From Candidatus Latescibacterota bacterium (GTDB lineage Bacteria; Latescibacterota; UBA2968; GCA-2709665), in contig OZ252100.1 of the NCBI GenBank assembly GCA_965248435.1, positions 2,688,001-2,752,000 on the forward strand: 64,000 nt of DNA, given 5' to 3'. Of this stretch, positions 38,050 through 48,390 are shown piece after piece. Below the pieces are notes generated by a model. The model was not told the DNA's origin. It ran no database searches and saw nothing but the letters and a program-made list of their open reading frames with translations. Made by a program: the position numbers and the translations under genes. How positions within the stretch are numbered: position 1 is the first letter of the stretch; every line of letters begins with the position of its first letter.

Positions 38050-38357
38050 AATTTCTCCCTCCTGAGAATCTCACCCTTGTTCGGAGCGAGCGAAAGCCCT
38101 CGTTTCTCCCCAGGCCCAGAGGCTGAGGGCCTGGCCTCATGCATCATAACTTATTGTATTATCGTAGATTAAATGTATCATCCGCTTCTCGGACCCGGTT
38201 GAACAACCAGCAGATAGCAACCTAACATCTGTCACGAATACAGTCAAGTCGAGGATCATCGGCTCGCGTCGTGTTGGCTTCGCGACACCAGACGCCGGGT
38301 TCCCCGTGGAAATCAATATCGTAATATAGTGGGCTCTGTTGTATCTTTAGGAGGAAC

Positions 38358-39583
38358 TTGAAAACCCACATCGCTGCAACATCGACTCAAAAAGGATGCC
38401 TTTTGGAATCTGAACCTCTGAAACAGTTCATGGAAGAAGGTTTCGTGATGGTCCCTCAGGTCATCCCGCCGGATCGGTTGGAGGATCTGCGAACACAGTA
38501 TGAAATCCTCGTCGATCGCCAGAAGGCCGTCTGGGCAAAAAATCGAAAGCCGGACGATCCCCCCGGCGGCGTGTGGGAATCCAGCAGTCTGCCCCGACTC
38601 AACATAGACAGCGTGGTCGAGCCCGACACTGCAGACACCCTGGAGTTCCTCCTTCACGAAACATCAAGAAGATGAATCGGGCACTGATGGGAACTCCGGA
38701 CATCGTCCCGCAGAGAATGTTCCTCATGTGCAACCCGGTCCAGGACCACGGTCCCAGTACTTGGCACTTCGACATCAACACGGAAGAACAACCTCCGCTC
38801 GGCAGCCTTCACAAAAACCTTGTAGCCAACGGCCCGACCACTGTCCAGTGGAACATCGCCCTTTACGACGACAGTGTCTTCTGGGTGGTCCCCGGAAGCC
38901 ACCGCAGGCCGACGACAGAAGAGGAGAACCGTTGCCTCCTGGAAAGCCTGCGGAAACCTCTACCTACGGGCAAACCGATGGAACTGAAGGCAGGAGACGG
39001 CCTCGTGTATACGAATGCCCTCAATCACTGGGGAAGCAACTACAGCTCGAAGCTCAGGCGGACCCTGCTCGTGGGGTATCGGAGTTTTGGCGGATCTTCC
39101 CTTCCGTTCAATCCCCATTACCGGTGGTGGGATCTTGATTTCACCACCCACCTGTCGCCTCGGGCTCGGAATGCGTTCAAACGGGCCCGCAAGCTCCTTG
39201 AAGACGAGGTCGATCAGATTGCCTCTGTTTACAGGGCGGTCATCGCAAAGGACGAACCTGCCTTCCGAGAGGGTCTGAACGCCCTCCACCCGGCGGAGGA
39301 CGAACAGATCGTCTCCCTGGCCCTCCTGGAAAGACTGGCGAAGAAGGTCCGATTCGATCCAACGGGGACCCGCCAGATCTGGCAGCACGAGAGGATCACC
39401 GAACGACTCACCCCTTCGGAAATCGAGACGCTTTGGCCGCGGTTCGAGGTCTTTGACGAAAAACTCCAATCCGGTAGAGTAGAGTACGCGACCGGCTTCC
39501 ACGGCGAACCTGGAGGGCTCTACCCCTATGACGTGCCTCCCGGTTATCACGTAGAGGACTTCGTCGCGGGTTGGAAGAACTGA
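38358..39583 (+). CDS. Phytanoyl-CoA dioxygenase (PhyH) family protein split by a frameshift near 38660
   Basis: FMEEGFV in the first ORF; WHFD, VVPGSH, LKAGD, HWG in the second; one extra A gives LLHENIKKM. Confidence 0.8.
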
Positions 39584-39662
39584 ACGGAGAGGCGACGATC
39601 CGTAGAGATCGTGACATCTAGACGTAAATTGCAATGATCAGACATGGTTATATACATAATTG

Positions 39663-39687
39663 GCTCCCGGATTTGGGAGCCTCTTTT
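39663..39687 (+). terminator. Probable intrinsic terminator
   Basis: GGCTCCCG-GATT-TGGGAGCC followed by TCTTTT. Confidence 0.6.
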
Positions 39688-39768
39688 GCTTGACAACCGG
39701 AACTCGACGCACCATCATTTCCGTATCGACCGATATCTCCGCACGACTCTTTGAAGGCAGAATTCCAC

Positions 39769-41040
39769 ATGGATGATCTCGAAAACCAGAAAAATCAGCT
39801 CTTCTCGGAGCTGGCTGACTTGCGTAGGCAACTGACCGATCTGAGGGCCGCCGTATCGGATCAGGGAACGATCGAGGAGTCGCTCAGACAGAGCGAGGAT
39901 CGCTACCGGGCAGTTACCGAAAACGCCTTCGCCGGCATCACTATCACCGATCCGGATGAAAATATCACATTCGCCAATCCGGCCGCGGTGAGGATGCTGG
40001 GCTACACAAAAGACGAACTCCTGGGTGTCAACCTCTCGAAGTTGACTGATCCGAATGAATTCTCGAGGTACCGGGAATTTACGAAACAGCGGAAAAGAGG
40101 CGTGGAGAACCAGTATGAAACGCATCTCTACAGGAAGGACGGCGAGCGGATCAGTGTCCTCGTTTCCGTCTCCCCACTCTTGGATCTCCAGGAACGTCTG
40201 GAGGGCATTCTTGCCGTGGCCGTGGACATTACGGACCACAGACGTGCCGAAGAGGAACTTCGGAAGGCGAAAGAGGCTTACACTGAAAGACTCGAAGAAA
40301 TGGTCAGGGAACGAACGCGTGAACTCGAAGAGGCCCAGACGCAGCTGATTCACTCCGAAAAGCTCGCCGCGATGGGTAAGCTGGCAGCCGGTGTGGCTCA
40401 CGAGATTAACAATCCTGCAGGAGTGCTTTTGATGAAGCTGAAGTTCCTGCTATCAACTGCGGAGGAGGCGGGAGTCCCTCAACGAGCGGTTTCGAGCCTG
40501 CAGGTCTCAGTGGATCAGGTCGAGCGCATCCAAAAGATTGTCGAAAGCCTGCTCACGTTCTCGAGACAGCCCGAAGGAATCCCGGTTCCCACGTCCATCA
40601 ACCACGCAGTCGCGACGGCACTGCGGTTGACGGAGCATACCCTGTCCTCCCGCCGCATCGAACCGGAGCTCGACCTGGACCAGAGCCTGCCCGAGGTCTG
40701 TGCGGATCCGGCCGCGCTCGAGCAGGTCGTGATCAACCTGCTCAACAATGCCTCGGATGCCATGCCTGAAGGCGGTCGTCTGAAGGTGAGGACGTGGAAC
40801 GCATCGAAAGATGGGTGGGTTTACCTGTCTGTGGAGGACGATGGCGTGGGCATCCCGTCGGACTACCTGAGCAAGGTATTCGATCCTTTCTTTACGACCA
40901 AGCAGGTGGGAGAGGGAACCGGACTGGGTCTCTCGATAAGCTATGGAATCATAGAGAAGCTCGGAGGTCGGATCGAGGTTCAGAGTACCCCGGAAGAGGG
41001 CTCAACATTTACTGTCAAGCTTCCTGTCAAGAGGGGATAG
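39769..41040 (+). CDS. Cytoplasmic PAS-domain sensor histidine kinase
   Basis: PAS/PAC (FANPAA, RKDGE, DIT), AHEINNP H-box, N, G1, F and G2 boxes; no TM helix. Confidence 0.93.
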   Translation: MDDLENQKNQLFSELADLRRQLTDLRAAVSDQGTIEESLRQSEDRYRAVTENAFAGITITDPDENITFANPAAVRMLGYTKDELLGVNLSKLTDPNEFSRYREFTKQRKRGVENQYETHLYRKDGERISVLVSVSPLLDLQERLEGILAVAVDITDHRRAEEELRKAKEAYTERLEEMVRERTRELEEAQTQLIHSEKLAAMGKLAAGVAHEINNPAGVLLMKLKFLLSTAEEAGVPQRAVSSLQVSVDQVERIQKIVESLLTFSRQPEGIPVPTSINHAVATALRLTEHTLSSRRIEPELDLDQSLPEVCADPAALEQVVINLLNNASDAMPEGGRLKVRTWNASKDGWVYLSVEDDGVGIPSDYLSKVFDPFFTTKQVGEGTGLGLSISYGIIEKLGGRIEVQSTPEEGSTFTVKLPVKRG

Positions 41041-41043
41041 ATC

Positions 41044-42426
41044 GTGGGGAAGGGACGAATTCTGGTGATCGACGACGAACCGACCATGCTCGAGGCCTGT
41101 GATGAAACCCTTTCCTACCATGGCTATGACGTCCGACTGCAGGACGTCGGCAGTGATGCAATCGAATTGGTTCGACAGGAAACCTTCGACCTTGTGCTGA
41201 TCGATCTCAAGATGCCGAACGTAGACGGGATCCAGATCCTCAAACAAATAAAGACCATCGACAAGAATGTGATGGCCGTCATGATCACCGGTTTTCCAAC
41301 GATAGCCACTGCGGTCGAGGCGGTCAGGCAGGGAGCCTACGACTACCTTCCAAAACCGTTTGCGCCCGATCAGCTCCTCATCCTCGTTGATCGCGCCCTC
41401 TCTCGCAAAAGACTGACCGAAGAGAACCTGCTGCTGCGGAAGTCTCTCGGGCACGGACCCGATTTCGAAGGAATCATCTACAAGAGTCGCGCGATGGAAC
41501 GGGTCCTGGATTTGATCGGAAAGGTGGCCGACAGCGACAGCAGTGTCATCATCCAGGGGGAAACCGGTACAGGGAAGGAGCTCGCAGCCAGGAGTCTCCA
41601 CAGGAATAGTCCACGAAAAGACCACCTATTCCTGCCCATCAACTGCGGCGCCCTGCCGGAGCATCTTCTGGAAAGTGAACTGTTCGGCCACGAACGTGGG
41701 GCATTCACCGGAGCCTACACGAGGAAGTCCGGATTGCTGGAAACCGTTCAGGGCGGGACCGTTTTTCTGGATGAAATTTCAACGCTCAGTTTGAGCCTGC
41801 AGGTGAAACTTCTGCGGGTACTCCAGGAGCGGCAGATCCGCCGCGTAGGCGGGAAGGAGGACATCGACATCGATATCCGCGTCATTTCCTCCACGAATGA
41901 AGACCTCGAAGATGCCGTCGCCCGGGAGGCCTTTAGAAAGGACCTCTACTATCGGCTCAACGTCATTACGATTACTTTGCCCCCCCTGCGTGAGCGCGTT
42001 GAAGACATCTCTCTCATCGCAGAGCACTTCCTGGATGGGCTCAACACGGTGCACAGGAAGGTCGTTGAAGGCATATCCAGGGAGGCCCTGGAGATCCTTC
42101 AGTCGTACCGCTGGCCGGGCAACGTCAGGGAACTTGAGAACATACTGGAGAGGGCGTTTCTCCTCACAGATTCAAGTGTGATCCAGGCGGCTGATCTACC
42201 GGCAACCCTGAAGCACACCGATTCCACGATCAGCGTCGACACGCGCCTTCCTTTTTCGACCGCGAAAAAGGTCTACACTGAGCCCTTCGAGCACGAGTAT
42301 CTGACCAGGCTCCTCGAGGAATCGAACGGAAACGTCACCTTAGCTGCGCGGAGAGCGGAGATGCATCGATCCTCCTTTCAACGCCTGCTCAAGAAGCACG
42401 ATATCCGATCCAGGGAATTCCGGTAA
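41044..42426 (+). CDS. Sigma54-dependent response regulator (NtrC/AtoC family)
   Basis: Receiver DLKMP, GETGTGKE, ESELFGH..GAFTGA, WPGNVREL, Fis-type HTH. Confidence 0.95.
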   Translation: MGKGRILVIDDEPTMLEACDETLSYHGYDVRLQDVGSDAIELVRQETFDLVLIDLKMPNVDGIQILKQIKTIDKNVMAVMITGFPTIATAVEAVRQGAYDYLPKPFAPDQLLILVDRALSRKRLTEENLLLRKSLGHGPDFEGIIYKSRAMERVLDLIGKVADSDSSVIIQGETGTGKELAARSLHRNSPRKDHLFLPINCGALPEHLLESELFGHERGAFTGAYTRKSGLLETVQGGTVFLDEISTLSLSLQVKLLRVLQERQIRRVGGKEDIDIDIRVISSTNEDLEDAVAREAFRKDLYYRLNVITITLPPLRERVEDISLIAEHFLDGLNTVHRKVVEGISREALEILQSYRWPGNVRELENILERAFLLTDSSVIQAADLPATLKHTDSTISVDTRLPFSTAKKVYTEPFEHEYLTRLLEESNGNVTLAARRAEMHRSSFQRLLKKHDIRSREFR

Positions 42427-42673
42427 GTCTGAAGCATGAATGCGGCAGTGCAGCGTTTACTGAGACACCGAGATCAGCGGGCCGGAATGGAATCAACTAT
42501 TTGTAAAACAAGGATATATAGTCTTCAATCTCAAATCCTTCGATGGAGTGTCGAAAAACCGCCGCAACTTTGGAGCGATTTCCATTATTCTCTCCCACCA
42601 CGCTTTTCTGAAGAACTTCATATATATTAAATAAAAACAAGATGTTAAGATCTCTTGTGTGCATCTCGCATCC

Positions 42674-42688
42674 TGGCACAAGGCTTGC
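42674..42688 (+). promoter_or_regulatory. Sigma54 (-24/-12) promoter
   Basis: TGGCAC-AAGGC-TTGC matches TGGCAC-N5-TTGC. IHF-like sites upstream at 42491..42503 (AATCAACTATTTG) and 42635..42647. Confidence 0.8.
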
Positions 42689-42699
42689 GATTGCGTAGG

Positions 42700-42832
42700 G
42701 CCGATCAACCGTTTCGAGTGTCATAGGTCACTCGGTCAGTACCCGGCTCTGCCCAGGTGATCGAAGACTGAATTCGGTTGTCGAGTAAACAAAGGGAGAG
42801 CAGTCAGTTGTTTCGGCTGCTCTCCCTTTTTT
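42700..42832 (+). ncRNA. Candidate sigma54-dependent structured small RNA
   Basis: Starts at the predicted +1; three nested stems; ends in an intrinsic terminator; no credible ORF. Confidence 0.6.
42791..42832. terminator. Intrinsic terminator (probably bidirectional)
   Basis: AAAGGGAGAGCAGTC-loop-GGCTGCTCTCCCTTTTTT. Confidence 0.9.
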
Positions 42833-42889
42833 CCTGAACGCCTCGAAGGAGGCGATCAGCAAGCGGTGTCATTCGTGCACGCTACGGCC

Positions 42890-43339
42890 TCAAGGGCTGC
42901 TCCCAGCGATCTCTGTAAATCGAATGTTCAGCCCGGAAATCAATCTTTCTCCTCTGAATTCCTTGAAGACTACCTTCACCTGCACGTTCTCCTCTTTTTC
43001 GAAATCGGCGCTGTAAAAAACAACCTCATACGAACCCTCGCGAGTGATCAGCGCAAGCGCCCTCGATTGGTAAAGACCCATTTTCGACACGAGTGTGTCC
43101 CTCATGTCCAGAAAAACAGACTTGCGGATTTGGCTCTTCATATTCTCATCAAAATATCTCGAAAATTCCTCATACTCCGCTTCGTTGAATGCCTGAAGCA
43201 GGTTATCTACGACCGGATCGGCGTAGTTCAGGATCCTCTGCCCCTCCTCTCCCATCGGCTCCACCACCACTGCCCCCTCTTCCACACAGGCCGTCAGGAA
43301 ACAGCACACCCAGAGTGCTCCTCTCAAACCTCTATTCAC
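42890..43339 (-). CDS. DUF3887-like lipoprotein
   Basis: GTG start with GGAGAG RBS; lipobox FLTAC; FSRYFDENMK, YSADFEK, LISGL. Confidence 0.7.
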   Translation of the reverse strand: MNRGLRGALWVCCFLTACVEEGAVVVEPMGEEGQRILNYADPVVDNLLQAFNEAEYEEFSRYFDENMKSQIRKSVFLDMRDTLVSKMGLYQSRALALITREGSYEVVFYSADFEKEENVQVKVVFKEFRGERLISGLNIRFTEIAGSSP

Positions 43340-43489
43340 AGGTCTCTCCGGAAGCGGTCCACATCGCCGAGGGCCCCTGCTTCTTTTGCTCTTCGAACTG
43401 AATCTGTTTGGAAATCGACGAAGTCGGACGTAATATGGGGCAAGCCACATTCAAATACGTCCATAATATAGAAAAAAAGGAGATTCTCC

Positions 43490-44341
43490 GTGATCAATTT
43501 CCCCTGCTCGTCATTCACCTGGAAGTCGCGTCCGCATACCCCTGACCCCTACTTTAAATATTCGGGCGGATTTGTGGGAGATCCTGGCCAGGCCTACCAG
43601 GTGAGATTCAACCTCGAAGCCGCGTGCGAAATTCGAGACGAAGCCACTGACCACGTCGCTGAGCTGTTCGTGGGCGCCCCCTGCCGAACGGAATATACGA
43701 TCGGCAAACGGAACCTGTTTCAGATCCCCAGTTCCGAATTCCGGTTCGCCTTCAGCCGCGAACGCAGACTCAGCATCGCCAGGCGCCCCAGCAATGAGCA
43801 GGAAGACGTATCCGTCAAAACACACGACACCTTTCTGGATCACGAAATCGATATTCGCACCTTTCCAGAGTCGGACGAGCTGTCTGACGTAAACGGCATC
43901 GTCCGGGCCACCCTCGGTAAGGACCTGATGAATGCGCGGTCCACCTACCGGGATTCCGATCGCGGGCTCACGATTTCGGTGGAATATCCGGTCAACCTGA
44001 TCAACACGAACGAGGCGGACGGCGAATTTCAGATCTGCACCGGCCCTGTCATCGTGCCCGATCTGAACACCTGGGACGGCCGCGACGTCACCCGCGTCTT
44101 CTTGGCGCACGTAGCCATCACCGCTTTCGACTGGGTCGAGTTCATCCTGCGCCGCGAAGTAGAAACTTCCGAATCAGAAAAGGAATGGTTGGACAAGCCT
44201 CGGGGCCGGGACCGCCAGGAACTCCTGGATCCCAACAATAAGCCCCCTGGTTACCCGTCCAGGAGGCCATGGCCAACTGTCTATAACGAGATCTTGGAGT
44301 TCGAGGCCACAAACGTCATTCTGCGAACGGATAATCCATAG
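43490..44341 (+). CDS. Hypothetical protein (283 aa)
   Basis: AAGGAG RBS; long ORF followed by a terminator. Confidence 0.75.
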   Translation: MINFPCSSFTWKSRPHTPDPYFKYSGGFVGDPGQAYQVRFNLEAACEIRDEATDHVAELFVGAPCRTEYTIGKRNLFQIPSSEFRFAFSRERRLSIARRPSNEQEDVSVKTHDTFLDHEIDIRTFPESDELSDVNGIVRATLGKDLMNARSTYRDSDRGLTISVEYPVNLINTNEADGEFQICTGPVIVPDLNTWDGRDVTRVFLAHVAITAFDWVEFILRREVETSESEKEWLDKPRGRDRQELLDPNNKPPGYPSRRPWPTVYNEILEFEATNVILRTDNP

Positions 44342-44362
44342 CCCCGTTCATTCCCCAACAAG

Positions 44363-44397
44363 AAAGCCCCTGCATCCCGCAGGGGCTTTTCTTTTTT
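44363..44397. terminator. Bidirectional intrinsic terminator
   Basis: AAAGCCCCTGC-ATCCC-GCAGGGGCTTTT between convergent genes. Confidence 0.88.
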
Positions 44398-44430
44398 GTC
44401 CAAATGGATTCCACTGAGCTTCTGCTCGGG

Positions 44431-44982
44431 TTATCGTATCTTTTTCCAGGTATCCTTGAAAACGTTGGGAATCGAAACGACCATGGCGTCACCCTCAAAT
44501 GTCTGGATCTGCCACTCCTCGAGGGAAGCCCTGGCCGACGCGTCATCCTTTGTGTGAGAAATCTTCACGGATCCATTCTCTACTGAAAGCTTGCCTTTCG
44601 CGGTTTTTCCCTTGTGGTAAACGTTCATGGGGATCTCAGATGAGAGCCTGTAGCCCTGACGGAGCAGCAACCGACGCTTGCGAGTGATCGCTGAGGTCGA
44701 AATCTCGAAGATGCTGGCGGCATAATCTACCCGACGCGGTGATCCAGCTTGCCCTTCAACAACCAGATTCTGCGTCACGTGCGCCTTTCGAGGATCCAGT
44801 GTGAGCCAGGTGAACACGCCCTCGATCGTCGGGGGCGCCAGCAAGGTCCCGTCGGGCAGCTCCCGGGACTGAAGGACCCAGGTCCCCTCACACTTCGCCT
44901 GGATGTCCGACAGAGGATCGCTGCATCCCAAGGCGAGACAAACAGTTAAGGATGCAATGCACAAATGCAGGCCAGGTCTCAT
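44431..44982 (-). CDS. Hypothetical lipoprotein, possibly lipocalin-like beta-barrel
   Basis: Lipobox LALGC; EGTWVL near the N-terminus; C-terminal DTWKK. Confidence 0.65.
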   Translation of the reverse strand: MRPGLHLCIASLTVCLALGCSDPLSDIQAKCEGTWVLQSRELPDGTLLAPPTIEGVFTWLTLDPRKAHVTQNLVVEGQAGSPRRVDYAASIFEISTSAITRKRRLLLRQGYRLSSEIPMNVYHKGKTAKGKLSVENGSVKISHTKDDASARASLEEWQIQTFEGDAMVVSIPNVFKDTWKKIR

Positions 44983-45260
44983 ATATCGCCCCTTCCTCAG
45001 AAAGTCAGATCGTAAAACGATGGTATCGAATTGAGGGTGAAAGTCAAGCAAAAAGTATGACACGATTCATCGACAGGCGGAGCCAATCCTTACACGACCG
45101 TGATATTCCACGGAAGTCCCATCACCGGTTGCCAAGGCTTGCCCTTACGATCCTCCATGGAGTATATTCTCCGACGAGGGCCATTATTACGGCTCTGTAA
45201 AACGTATCATTGAGGGCTGGCCTCAAGAGGATGAAGCTGTCTGAGAGTAGAGGGACGAAC

Positions 45261-46076
45261 GTGGAGGAAAAATCCAATAGACGCAGTGAAACGGCCGGCG
45301 CTGAGGGCCCTCGCCGAACTCAGGATCGGAGGCAGTCCGATCAGTCCACTTCCCCCGACAGGAGAACGGCCGATCGACGCCAGCAAACCAATCGACGCAG
45401 AAAGGAAAGGGAGGTAGAGGTCTTTCAATGGGAATCCGAACCGAAGCCTCCCAGGCTGGACGCAGCGAAAGTCAAGCGTGCGCTCATCGTCGGAACCCTG
45501 GCGGCGCTCATCCCATTGTCGATCGCCTTCATCTATTTTCAGGAGTCCAAGCCGACCCCAACGCAACAGCGCAAGAAGGCTGACCCTTTTCAGGAAATGG
45601 CCAAAAGGAAACGGAAAACCAAAAAAGCCTCTCCGTCGAAGCAGCACCAGGTCGACCCTTCCACAACGCTCACTGCCCTGAGCGAAGATGTCCTGAACAT
45701 CGCACCTCATATCTATTATTCAGTGAGGCTCGAACTGGTTGAAGGAGGTCACGCGGATGTGACGGCCGACGCAAACCTGGATCTGAAATCGGTCTTTGTC
45801 CGACTGATCGAGATCCTAACGCGGTCTGAGGCCTGGGACATGCTTCAAAGCTCGGAGAAGATCGAACTCCTGCACGGGACGTTCGACCTGTTGCAGAAGC
45901 GGTATCCCTACATTACGCGGTTCATCAGGTTGATTTTCGATGACGGCAGAAAGAATCTGGATCTGAAATTCGACGACATCATGCGCGAATCCGACCTGGG
46001 ATTCGATAATTCCAGCCCCCAGTTCCCTCCAAAAGCTGTCGCCGCTGTAAAGTCTATCCCCCAGAATACCGATTAG
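45261..46076 (+). CDS. Hypothetical single-TM protein with N-terminal DRR repeats
   Basis: One TM helix; C-terminal domain shared with the next gene; start uncertain. Confidence 0.7.
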   Translation: MEEKSNRRSETAGAEGPRRTQDRRQSDQSTSPDRRTADRRQQTNRRRKEREVEVFQWESEPKPPRLDAAKVKRALIVGTLAALIPLSIAFIYFQESKPTPTQQRKKADPFQEMAKRKRKTKKASPSKQHQVDPSTTLTALSEDVLNIAPHIYYSVRLELVEGGHADVTADANLDLKSVFVRLIEILTRSEAWDMLQSSEKIELLHGTFDLLQKRYPYITRFIRLIFDDGRKNLDLKFDDIMRESDLGFDNSSPQFPPKAVAAVKSIPQNTD

Positions 46077-46152
46077 TAATAAGTGGTTCACAATCACCGA
46101 TCTGACCAGTTTTCCGCAAACGAATGTAAAACTTTCATGCTATCTTAAAGCC

Positions 46153-46728
46153 ATGCCCAAGCCGGCGAAAGTCAAACAGATTCTCTCGATCGGTCTTCCC
46201 ACGGCGCTGATCCTTGGATTCATGATTGCACTCTACGTTCGCGACGCCAAGCCTCCACCACGACGCAAACAGGAGAAGAAGCAGGATGTGTTCCAGGAAA
46301 TGGCCAAATCCAGGAAGAGAGTAGAGAAAGAATCAAGTCCTGAAAAACAGGATGATGATAAACCTAAGTCGACCATCATGAATCTGAGTGAAGACGTATT
46401 GAAGATCGCCCCGCACATCTACTACTCAGTCAGGCTCGAACTTGTCGAAGGTGGCCACCTTGACCAGGAGGCTGAGGCAAAGCGGGATTTGAAATCTGTT
46501 TTTGTCCGCCTCATTGAGATCTTCGTCCGAGCCCCGGCCTGGAACCGACTCCGAAGTACCGAAAAAATAGACCTGCTATACAGCACCTTTGAGATGTTAC
46601 ACGGTCGCTATCCCGACCTCACCGAATTCATCAGATTGATCTTCGACGACGGCAGGAAGAATCTGGATCTGAAATTCGACGACATCAAGGCCGCCTCCAG
46701 TTCTGCACGCCGTGGCAGAAAGCCTTGA
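46153..46728 (+). CDS. Hypothetical single-TM protein, paralog of 45261..46076
   Basis: Shared IAPHIYYSVRLELVEGGH, DLKSVFVRLIEI, FDDGRKNLDLKFDDI. Confidence 0.75.
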   Translation: MPKPAKVKQILSIGLPTALILGFMIALYVRDAKPPPRRKQEKKQDVFQEMAKSRKRVEKESSPEKQDDDKPKSTIMNLSEDVLKIAPHIYYSVRLELVEGGHLDQEAEAKRDLKSVFVRLIEIFVRAPAWNRLRSTEKIDLLYSTFEMLHGRYPDLTEFIRLIFDDGRKNLDLKFDDIKAASSSARRGRKP

Positions 46729-46759
46729 ACCAGGATGCATCTCACTAGGCCCTGAACTC

Positions 46760-48345
46760 CTACCTCTCGACCGCGCCTCCGCCCCTTCCCGTAACCGAAA
46801 CAATATCGACCAGATCGCTTCCGCCAGGAGAGGAAATCGTGCGGATTGGCTCCCATCGATAACCCTTTTCTGCAACGCGTAGTACGTCCCCCGGCAGGGT
46901 TACATAGAGGCACTCCCCCCGTCTGAGATCAACTTCGTGTAGATTGAAGTTATAGAACTTCCCCACCGGCTCTTTAGTGTACCTCCACAGGTCCATCCGG
47001 GATTGCATATGCAACTTCTGATAGGCTTTCGGAGAATGATGAGTGAAGAACAGAACGAAGATATATGACGGATAGAAATAGGGGTCTGCGCTGATGATCG
47101 CGCACTCTGATGAACTCTGTTCGGCGAAGGTGATCGCTTCTTTCATTCCGTACTGCCAGGACGGCGCGCTATACCCTGGGTATTTGAGAAAGTAGTGCTG
47201 GGCGTAGACGCCAAGGTTGCCAGCGGCAATCAGACCCGAGCAAATAATGAAGACCCTTCTTTGTCCGACGCCCCTCCATAATTCAATCGCTCTCGTCACG
47301 CCAAGACTGGACAGTACGGCAAACAGGGGACAGCCCACGATAGAGCGCAAAGCGTGTTCTGGTGCCGTGAACGCTGCCGGAATCGGATACAGAAAGAGCC
47401 AGAGCCACCAGAGCGAATCCTTCCTCCGCCTTCGCTTAAGCAAAACCCAGATCCCAAGGCTACCGTTATCAATTCGAAATAGTGAAGCTGGCCTACACCT
47501 CTGGGACTGTGCCGCAGGTTCGGGTCTCCGGTTAGGAACAGAAACCCCGGGCTGAAATACGACAGGCTGTTCAGCGCGATCTTTCCCGGGTCCGAAATCA
47601 GCGTCAGCCTTGCCCGCGCCATCCCTTCAGGCGTAATCCAAGAAGTGAATAGGAACACGAAGGCAGCAAGAAAAAGCAGTCCAGACATCAAGGCCGCCTT
47701 TCTGATCTTCCACAGATCTGTCCGAAAAATCAAACACAGACCCAATAGAAACAGGGGGAGGAAGACCCTGGCCGAGCTGTAGGTATAGAGGCATATGGAA
47801 AAGGTTGCTGCGCTGAGGTAGATAAACTTCGACCTTCTCAGGCCCTTGACGAAGAGAGCAAGACCGAGACAGAAGAGGAGAGGAAGGAGAATCGCCCTCA
47901 CCGCGCACCGACTGAACTGGATGTGCCACGGACTGATGGCAAGGAGGAGGGAGGCAATGAGGGCCGTCTGCGTATTGAAGCAGATCCTGACGAGCCAATA
48001 GAGCGCTCCAATCGTAAGAATCCCTGCAACCGCTGAGGGCAGCCGCGTAGAAAACTCGTTCAAGCCGAACACTGCGATGAACGGGATGGCGACATACCGA
48101 TACGAGGCCTCTACATAATCCCCAAAGGATCTCGTAAGTAGAGGAAGAAACTCCCCGTATTGATCCCTGCCTGTCTGCAGAATCGAATAGGCGTCATACC
48201 CGGTCGAGGCCTCGTCCGAATAGAATCCGTTCGGAATCGATGACAGGAATGGGACTCTAAGCAGGGCAGCCAGAAGAAGGATTGCAGCGAGCCCCAATCG
48301 CTGGAGATTTCTGCCCGGCTCTTCTGGTTGGCTATTAACGGCCAT
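46760..48345 (-). CDS. ArnT/PMT-like (GT-C) glycosyltransferase split by a frameshift near 47454
   Basis: DEASTGYDAYS, RLPSA, ISPWHIQFSR; one extra G gives ITVALGIWVLLKRRR, joining ORF 46760..47443. Confidence 0.8.
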
Positions 48346-48390
48346 CGCTTCCTCGACGAGGCACCGATCCGAACTTTTTACGGTCCTGTC

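Noticed and set aside
38655-38680. TGA at 38673 as selenocysteine or readthrough
   Set aside because: Homology continues in a different frame, so a frameshift rather than readthrough explains it.
42700-42790. Structured RNA as a tRNA or known riboswitch
   Set aside because: No T-loop, D-loop or CCA pattern, no aptamer consensus that I recognise, and no downstream co-oriented gene. An Rfam search is still needed.
42866-43471. 201-aa + ORF as target of the sigma54 promoter
   Set aside because: It lies beyond the strong terminator and is antisense to the DUF3887-like lipoprotein gene.
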